A DNA stretch of 64,000 bases from Ascidiella aspersa (taxonomy: Eukaryota). The notes below the pieces were generated by a model. The model was not told where the DNA came from and did no database searches. It saw nothing but the letters and a program-made list of their open reading frames with translations. Shown one piece after another: positions 1 through 9,226 of this stretch (its first letter is position 1; each line of letters starts with the position of its first letter). A program made the translations under genes and the position numbers. The DNA lies in assembly GCA_963924565.1 (NCBI GenBank), contig OZ004611.1, positions 2,604,001 through 2,668,000 on the forward strand, in the 5' to 3' direction.

Positions 1-65
1 AATTTATTATTGTGCGAACAAACAACGATTTACAATTTTTATCTGACTGTATTAAAACAACTTAC

Positions 66-1855
66 GTTAACATGTTGGTACAGCAGCAGACCAGTTGTTG
101 GTTTCTGTTCCGTCGCATGTCAAGGCTAATGTTCCGACTAAAACATATCCGGCGTTGCAGGTGAAGGTATGAGGTACGTTGTAAGCTGTAACTACAGTTG
201 TTCCGACTCCGTTGGTTATTGAGGTTGCCGCACAGGTTATAGCTGAAAATACATAATATATGTCTCAATTGTTTTTATAATAATATATCTCCATTGTGCG
301 CGAGAATATCAATTTCTTATTACCCATCTGTTGCTAAGCACGTGGGACGAAAAAGTGAACGTATGCCGGATTAGAAATCAAAACAATATTTGAAATGCTT
401 AAAGTAATATTTACCTGTGCATGTCAAGGAGTTTTGATTCCAGGTGTCTGTCGTGGTACAAAGCGAAGATGAAGGGTCACAATCAGCCACCTTATACCCG
501 TCGTTGCAGATGATTGGCACTGTGCCGGTGTAGCCGCCAGAAGGCACAGTTGTCCGGTGAGGGTCGCCGGTGCAGCGGCGCATGTGGCGGCTGTTTCAAA
601 CATCAAAATAGAAGATAGATGAGAGTGTGTGTTGTGATGCACGAGTTTTCCTTGACGGCTGACACTGTTTACGAGTGTTGCCGACAGTAACAAGTAACAA
701 CACGGCTGCAATTGATTGGTGAAACAGTGGTCTGCTTTTCATAATTCGAAACCCGCTTTAACAAACACAACTTTTTTATCGGCTGGTTTTGATTAAAACA
801 AATGTTTAGTGCTACGAGTGGACTTCCCTTTTTGCAATGTGATTAAACAAAATTCGATAACATTGAAATTCATTTAGAAAACTTTGATTTGAATAGCTGT
901 GGGTTGTAGTTTGGGTTTAAATTCTAGGTTTTGCAAATGTGGCAATTCCCATTTTAATATGATGAAGAAGCTAGAAAATTAATTAAAATTCAAAATGTAA
1001 AAGTTTAAGCCTCGTATTTGAGGTGCGTGAAAAAAACTGTGAGGCAATTTGGACCAATCAACTGCCAACAAAAGCTTTAAAACTGATTTTTTGGGTCTTT
1101 GTTTCCATTCTATTAAGGTCGCTTAAACTGTTCTTTTGTTTCTACGCTTTTGTTTCTTCAGACCAACCTGAGTTTTTTGAAAAATTTGTATTTTGTTGTA
1201 ATTTACGCACCGTTCGTATTATTTAGGAATACAGCGAATTGATTTCAGGTGCTCTCACAAACGCTAATTTTTGTTTTTTTTACCACTGTTAGTCGCAGGT
1301 AAGGTGCCCAGTCGTTAAAATTTTTACTGTGCTATTTACGACCAAGAAGTACTTTGCGCGATTTAAATAAAAGGCTTAATAAGGAAAGTTGGGCTGCGGA
1401 ATCGAAGATAAACTCGGGACTAGATACTCGAGTGAGCCAAACGTTTACCAAACTATTTCAACGCAAATAGGTTATCACTGTGGCTCATGTTTTTCAATAT
1501 TTACCTGTGCACGTCACTGAGGCTGGGTCCAGAGTGGTTCCGGAGCACGACAATGAGGTAGCAGACGCATCAAACCCGGCTGTGCATGAGAAAGTTGTTG
1601 TCGAACCGTCTGCAAGCGGAGTAGCTACGCCATACGTTCCTTCGGTCACAGCCACAAGATCACATTGAGCTGCAAACAAATCGGCAAAATATCAAATTAA
1701 TACATGATATCAGAGCAGGGTTATGACTTCTGTAGCTTTACACAAACATAGATCACTTTCGGTTAAGTTCCAGACTGAAACTGTTTTGAATGAGCCTCAC
1801 CTTGAGCGCGGTTGGCCACTGCGAGCAGACAAAATGCGAACAACTGGAAGTTCAT
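66..1855 (-). pseudogene. Gene A: CCP/Sushi-family paralogue, disrupted or truncated (signal peptide, Q-type CCP, frameshifted A-type CCP, T-type CCP ending in a stop)
   Basis: Coding exons 1855-1801 (MNFQLFAFCLLAVANRAQ), 1669-1505 (165 nt, QCDLVAVT...VTCT), 590-415 (176 nt, 10 nt short of the 186-nt paralogues, so frameshifted) and 242-66 (ITCAATSI...VPTC, then TAA at 69-67). All have GT/AG boundaries. Any further exons would lie beyond the window edge. Confidence 0.8.
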
Positions 1856-2117
1856 TTTGATTGGAAAATGGCGTTAGCTCTGTAATTGTTAAAAATGAAG
1901 TTTAAATTCTAATAAGAATAACCAATAAAATTAATTGTAATAAATAAAATGCATTTCCAACGAGCTTACCTTTTCGAAATCAAACAGATGTTTCTGGCTG
2001 AAAGTTCTTCAAAACTGAAGTTACAGGACTGGAGAATCGACTTATAAGATCGGTGAACAAAAAAAAACCGTTCGATTTCAACAGAAACAACTTTACTTAA
2101 AGAGTAACACGGTGAAG

Positions 2118-2124
2118 TTATATA
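2118..2124 (-). promoter_or_regulatory. Putative TATA box of gene A (type-I promoter); non-coding exon 1 ends at 1970
   Basis: TATATAA on the minus strand at the same position as TATAAAA in genes B (15814-15820) and D (34685-34691). A conserved donor AAAG|GTAAGC lies at 1970, 15667 and 34537. Confidence 0.5.
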
Positions 2125-3310
2125 AGCAGAAGACTGAATGCACGTCGTGATTGGGATATCAAATTGCGAGCTACGCTGTTCAATTTGGTTTGATGATGTT
2201 GCAACATTTCTTCAAGCTAGTATATTGTTCCTCAAGCAACGGCGACTATATACACTTTACACATTACCAGCCTTTTGTATTTGCAAAACAAAAAACGAAC
2301 TCCGGCAGTAACTTCCCTTCTCAAGTGACGCCAGGCAGACTTGGAATTGTGCTTTTTCGATAAGTCTTCTTTAGTTTTCAGAAAACAAAACAAAATTGTT
2401 TGAAATGCATTGCGAGTAAACAAGTATATAAGGTGGAATAAAAATCAAAACACACAATAATTGATAAAGGGTAAATGTTTGGATTTTAAGACTGCCTTTT
2501 CAGAAATGTTTATTTTGGTATTTGTTGAATGGCCGCAATAAAAGGCAACAGTCTATAATAAAAAGTGCAAAACTATGGATATTTAAGCAAATCAATGAAT
2601 AGTAGCATTTATATATGTATGTCTTAGATAAAAATTAAGTTCTCAAATTGAGAAGAAATATAGAGAGGACACACAATAAGACCGACAAAACTACAATTTT
2701 TAAAGGTTTCAAATAATATTAATATTTTAACGTTATTTGTTTTTTTATCGTTTTTAATTGTTTTAAATCTCTCTTAAAAATAAGGCCAGTTATACTATAA
2801 CTTAGAAATAAAATAAAAATTTAGGTATATATAGTAAAAGTTGATAAAAATTATAGTTTAAGGGGCATGCAGAGAAACTGTTTTTGAAAATCAAGCTATT
2901 TTTTAAAGCTTTACAAGCATCACAAACAGTAAATCCAGCAATATGTCCACTATTTAGTCTCTTTTAAATGGTTGCGGAATGCGTATAAAAGTGTAGAAGG
3001 ATACTGAATGCAGTATAGACGCCGCAGCAAAACTGGAAGGTTGGTCGGCTATAGTAGAAAACATAAATATTTGTAAATGGCCGTTTATGTTTAATTCTAA
3101 ATAAGATAATCAAGTGGCATTATGGTGTCCTTATGTAGTGGGGAAAACCTGAGCCACTTTTTCATCTTACAACTGTAACTTTTGCGTTTGTAGACCGTTA
3201 TGGCCAATACTAATTGGACAAATGATGCCCAACAGCTTTAGGTTTAATGGGTTGAAGTTTTAAATGGTTACATTGAAACCCTTTCAACTAAGAACTTGAA
3301 TTGTCTGGGT

Positions 3311-3721
3311 CAGTGATTCTCAACCGCGGCTCTCAACTGTACATTTTGCGGCTCTCTAACCGAGTGAAAAATTAGTTAGAAGTGGCAGAATTGCAACAAA
3401 ATAAGTAAGAGAAATCAAGAATTAATGAATTGTATCAGCAAGGATCCCGAGTACGAAGTACTAATGTTACCGGGTACTTCCATCCGGCTCTTTAAAATAA
3501 TTTTGTGGTTTATTACGTCACAATATATTTAGTCCTGATCGACAAGTTATGGCAAACAGTGTTAATTAGTTAGCCTAGGCTAGCGTAATGTATATTTGAT
3601 GTTTTCTTGTTGCTTTCTTAATATTTTTTAATTATATGCCTACTGTTGTTTTTTATGCGGCTCCTTGCAAACATTAGGTTTGAAATGCGGCTCTTGCTCT
3701 AAAAAAGGTTGAGAATCACTG
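3311..3721. mobile_element. hAT-type MITE (same element as 17011-17440)
   Basis: TIR CAGTGATTCTCAACC...GGTTGAGAATCACTG; non-coding. Confidence 0.85.
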
Positions 3722-5868
3722 GTCTAGAGTACTTCAAAAAATCCTTGTTAATAGGTTAATCAAGTGGCATTATGGTGTTCTTATGTAGTGGGAAAAACCT
3801 GAGCCACTTTTTCTCTTACAACCGTAACTTTTGCGTTTGTAGACCGTTATGGCCAATACTAATTGGACAAATGATGCCCAACAGCTTTAGGTTTAATGGG
3901 TTGAAGTTTTAAATGGTTACATTAAAACCCTTTCAACTAAGAACTTGAACAGTCTGGGTGTTTAAAATAGCTCAAGGGACCCTCATAGAGACAACGCTAT
4001 TTTGAGAACACGCTATTTAAACGTTCATTTTCTCAAAAAACAAGGTCAAACAGCACATTGCTTTAAATATTTTACTTAATAGACGAAAAAACAACATTCC
4101 AAGAACAATACAAGTTTCGTAAAATCTAAAAACGGATATATTTTACAGCAGCAGATGTGGTAGGGTTGTACCCAAACCTACCAAGAGCAACCGTCAAGAA
4201 AGCTGTTTCTGATAAGATCGGGGAACAAAAAAACACCGTTCGATTTCAACAGAAACAACTTTGCTTAAAGAGAGGCACGGTGAAGTTTTATAAGCAGAAG
4301 ACTGAATGCTCGTCGTGATTGGGATATCAAATTTCAAGCTGCGCTGTTCAATTAGGTTTGACGATGTTGCAACATTCCTTCAATATATTATATTGTTCCT
4401 CAAGCAACGGCGACTATATACACTTTATACATTGGCGCGCTTTTGTATTTTAAAAACAAAATACGAACTCCGGGCATATATTTTACATATAACACACAAT
4501 AATTGTTAAAGGGTAAATGTTTGGATTTTAAGGCTGCCTTTTCAGAATTTTTTTTACCATTTGTTGAGTGGCCGAAACAAAGAAACAGTCTGAAATAATA
4601 AGTGTCACACTATAGATATTCAAGCAAATCAATGAAAAGTAGCATTTATATGTTTATTTCGTTCAAAAAAATAAAGTCGATAAATTGAGAAGGGACATTG
4701 GGTTAAACACATAATAATATCTACAAACCAAACTAAACCGAATATATCTACGACAGAACAATATCTAAATAGTCTAAACCAGTCGGAATAAGTCCAAAAT
4801 TGGAATAAAGCCTAAAAGTCTAAAATAACGCCTGAAACTGTAGGAAGAGGGTATGGGGCGATCGATGGCCATCGGTCTGGCATCGGCCGTTTTGGTGTCA
4901 AATTTAGGGAGCCCTACTTTAAATGACACCGTGAGGACGCCGCTTTTTTAGCACCGACTTGTTTGTCACTGTTTGGGGTTAGAGGTAATGGTAGAAGGGA
5001 GAAAATAGGTTTCGTTAAAAATGTTAGGAGAGTTAGTGATTTATACTTCTGGGTGAGGGTTGGTGTTAGATAAAAAAAAAAGTATGACACAGAACGCACG
5101 TTGTGATTGGGATATCAAATTGCGGGCTGCGCTGTTCAATTAGGTTTGATGATGTTGCAGCATTTCGTCAATCTATTATTATTGTTCCTCAAGCAACGGC
5201 GACTATATACACTTTATACATTGCCATGCTTTGTTAATACGAACTCCGGCAGGAGTTTCCCTTACCGAGTTACGCCAGTGGAAAATTTTGAAGCGCACTA
5301 TTGTTAGGTGTTAGTATGATCAACTACCAACTTACCACAGAAACCCAATAGTTGTATCCCAGCTGGGAGACCGGAAAGGTAACATCGGCGCAAGTTAGAT
5401 TTTCGTTAATTGATTTCCCATACACGGAATCCAATATATGGGTCAAACGTGAAACTAGACTTTTGGCCAAACATACCCCTGCGTTGCACCAAATTAAAAA
5501 TAGCAAGCAATCAGCATTTATTGTCATTGATTTTACGCGTGCACAATAACAGCGTCATGTAAAGAAAAATATATACAAAAAAATGGCTTAAAAGCATAAC
5601 TTAGCAATGTTTAAATACAACACACATACACAAAAAAAAGTAAAAAAGAAAAAAGAACTGCTTTAAAGTAAGTTACTAAGAGTTTGGCACTAATGTAGTA
5701 GATGGAAATCTTACGATTTTAAAAAGGTTGTATACTCTATTCGTATTGACAAATATACAGGTGATGATTTTCTTAGGGGTATTTGGTTTTAAATAGCGGT
5801 TAAACCTAAAGGACCCATGGGATAAAATAAGGAATTAGAACCACTGCAGTGTCATAAGCGTTCGTTTG

Positions 5869-6010
5869 NNNNNNNNNNNNNNNNNNNNNNNNNNNNNNNN
5901 NNNNNNNNNNNNNNNNNNNNNNNNNNNNNNNNNNNNNNNNNNNNNNNNNNNNNNNNNNNNNNNNNNNNNNNNNNNNNNNNNNNNNNNNNNNNNNNNNNNN
6001 NNNNNNNNNN
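5869..6010. other. Assembly gap
   Basis: Run of N. Confidence 1.
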
Positions 6011-6024
6011 TTAAAAAGCACTGG

Positions 6025-7325
6025 ACGGCCAAGATCACCTGTGGGTGACAAGTAGGGTTAGGGGGTTGTTGGGGCAGAAACCCCAGGAAAGTAGAACGGC
6101 CAAGACCACCTGTGGGTGACAAGTGGGGTTAGGGGGTTGTTGGGGCAGAAACCCCAGGAAAGTAGAACGGCCAAGATCACCTGTGGGTGACAAGTGGGGT
6201 TAGGGGGTTGTTGGGGTAGAAACCCCAGGAAAGTAGAACGGCCAAGATCACTTGTGGGTGACAAGTGGGGTTAGGGGGTTGTTGGGTAGAAACCCTAGGA
6301 AAGTAGAACGGCCAAGATCACCTGTGGGTGACAAGTGGGGTTAGGGGGTTGTTGGGGTAGAAACCCCAGGAAAGTAGAACGGCCAAGATCACTTGTGGGT
6401 GACAAGTGGGGTTAGGGGGTTGTTGGGTAGAAACCCTAGGAAAGTAGAACGGCCAAGATCACCTGTGGGTGACAAGTGGGGTTAGGGGGTTGTTGGGGTA
6501 GAAACCCCAGGAAAGTAGAACGGCCAAGATCACCTGTGGGTGACAAGTGGGGTTAGGGGGTTGTTGGGGTAGAAACCCTAGGAAAGTAGAACGGCCCAGA
6601 TCACTTGTGGGTGACAAGTGGGGTTAGGGGGTTGTTGGGGCAGAAACCCCAGGAAAGTAGAACGGCCAAGACCACCTGTGGGTGACAAGTGGGGTTAGGG
6701 GGTTGTTGGGGTAGAAACCCTAGGAAAGTAGAACGGCCAAGATCACTTGTGGGTGACAAGTGGGGTTAGGGGGTTGTTGGGGCAGAAACCCCAGGAAAGT
6801 AAAACGGCCAAGATCACCTGTGGGTGACAAGTGGGGTTAGGGGGTTGTTGGGGCAGAAACCCCAGGAAAGTAGAACGGCCAAGATCACCTGTGGGTGACA
6901 AGTGGGGTTAGGGGGTTGTTGGGGCAGAAACCCCAGGAAAGTTGAACGGCCAAGATAACCTGTGGGTGACAAGTGGGGTTAGGGGGTTGTTGGGGCAGAA
7001 ACCCCAGGAAAGTAGAACGGCCAAGATCACCTGTGGGTGACAAGTGGGGTTAGGGGGTTGTTGGGGCAGAAACCCCAGGAAAGTTGAACGGCCAAGATAA
7101 CCTGTGGGTGACAAGTGGGGTTAGGGGGTTGTTGGGGCAGAAACCCCAGGAAAGTAGAACGGCCAAGATCACCTGTGGGTGACAAGTGGGGTTAGGGGGT
7201 TGTTGGGGCAGAAACCCCAGGAAAGTAGAACGGCCAAGATCACCTGTGGGTGACAAGTGGGGTTAGGGGGTTGTTGGGGCAGAAACCCCAGGAAAATAGA
7301 ACGGCCAAGATCACTTGTGGGTGAC
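6025..7325 (+). repeat. 71-bp G-rich minisatellite, about 18 copies
   Basis: Unit ACGGCCAAGATCACCTGTGGGTGACAAGTGGGGTTAGGGGGTTGTTGGGGCAGAAACCCCAGGAAAGTAGA repeated with few substitutions. Confidence 0.97.
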
Positions 7326-9226
7326 CACTACGAAAAAAGCGTATGCAAGGGTCGCCATCGAACTTATACAAAGACTAAAAAAACGAATATCTATTGCTGA
7401 CAAAGCGATTTCTCTCCAACATATATACTCGCGCTTTTTGTTGCAAAAGGGGTGCGAGTTTCGGTAAATTGCGTACAAAGGTCGCGACTCCAAAAAAGTT
7501 TAAGAACCGCTAATCTGGATATGTGCACATTTTTCATTTTGTTCAACTTTAAAACAGAGGACTCTTGGTGTTCCGCTGCTTAATCCCGAACACCCAAACA
7601 AACCGTGGTTGGGTGTTCGCTTGCGTTTGTTCGTAGGCTGAAGCTTCGCATTAAAATAAACAAAAATGCATCTGGGGTTTCTGCTAAAGTTGTAACAATG
7701 CGTGGTTTAATATTGGCTAGCATCAGGTGTTAATTCAGAGGTGACATGACAACTCCCAAAAACTATATTTTTCGCATCTTTTTTAATTGTTTTCGCGTTT
7801 GGCGAAAACTTCTTTACATTGTTAAGATGCGAACACGTGCGACGTGCGTCGTTGACACTCCTGCCAGGCGCCAGCTGCGAAACCGCTTAGTGTGCAATCG
7901 TTAAAACAAGACCGATGTGTGATTAATTTTGAATGTGTGACTAATTTTGGTAGACTAATTTTTCGACCATCAGCGGCGTAGTTACCTAAGTTCCATGTAC
8001 GGGACTGCGCTAATTTACAAGCACGTCTCTCGCCACCTGCAATACTAAACGAAGATCGTATTTTGCCGGGTGTTATTATGCCGCGATTATTCTGCGCCGA
8101 AAACACGGATCTTACAATGTGCTTTATAGTGAACAATATTGCGGTAAGCACGACAGTCACAGTTAGATCACCTTTTGCGAAAAACTTGAGAAAAATTTCA
8201 TTGCATCTAAGATTAGGGCATACAGCGAACATAAAGGAACATTAGCTGAGCCTAACTCGACGTTTTTAGCGACAAACAAAGAAGACTTGTCAATTGTCGA
8301 ATACAAACTGCTAATCAGCCAACCTGAACAAATAAGGAAAAAGAAAAAATCCTGCGCGTACGGTCGACCTTTCTGAACACGAGAGACGTAAAACGGCGTT
8401 TTGCGTTTGGGTTTGGTTTCGCATTACCTTAAGACGCGTGACCTAATTACATTAAAAACATTGCCGCTTAGGACGGTGAGTAAAACCCTGATGAAAACGA
8501 ACAAAAAGCGATAAAATAACCTAATATGAAAGGAGTCCAACAACATCATTTTTTTTAAAGAATTAAGTGTTTTACGACGTGGCGTTTTAACTTAACGTGG
8601 TGATACCCATCAAAGTGTCCATACAAAATTCTGCAAACCAAATCTGTCTCGCTGAACAAATTTTAAAAATGTTGACTATGGTTAATTTGGCAACGCATTA
8701 GATGTAGATCCCGTGGCTTAACATATAACCTGGTAATGCTTGGGACCAATTCAAAACGAATGAGAAACTCCGGCATTAATTTTCTTTCCTGAATTGCGAC
8801 AGGCAGTTGGAGAACTGCATTTTTCCGATATGTCTCCAACATGTTTTATGTAAACAAAACAAAATCGTTTCAAATGCATTATTTCGATTTTCAAACAAGC
8901 ACACTGTAATGGATATAGGTAAAGCACACAATAATTAACAAGGGTAAAGGTTTAGACTGATTTTATCAGAAATGGTTTTGGCTAGATGATAAATGGCCGC
9001 AATAAAACACACAGCCTGAGAACAATAAGTGCAACACTATAGATATATAAGAAAATCAACGAAAAGTAGCATTTATGCGTAAATTCGACTTTTCTTTCAA
9101 ATACTTTTTATTTTGCAATGATCAGTTTTTGATTCACAAAGAAGAATTCAGCTAACGCCGTTTATAAAAAAAACATATTTAACTTTTAAAATAAAAATCT
9201 ACGTTTCTACAACACACAATGTCAGT

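Larger units (their letters stand above)
1960..5868. repeat. Segmental duplication, near-identical to about 15657-18867
   Basis: Long colinear near-identical sequence apart from indels (3722-3950 and about 4716-5235 extra in this copy). Both copies end at an N gap. Confidence 0.9.

Noticed and set aside
6025-7325. Minisatellite as a CRISPR array, telomere or coding repeat (ORFs MSPTG...)
   Set aside because: No unique spacers, eukaryotic context, only one TTAGGG per 71-bp unit, and the unit length is not a multiple of 3.
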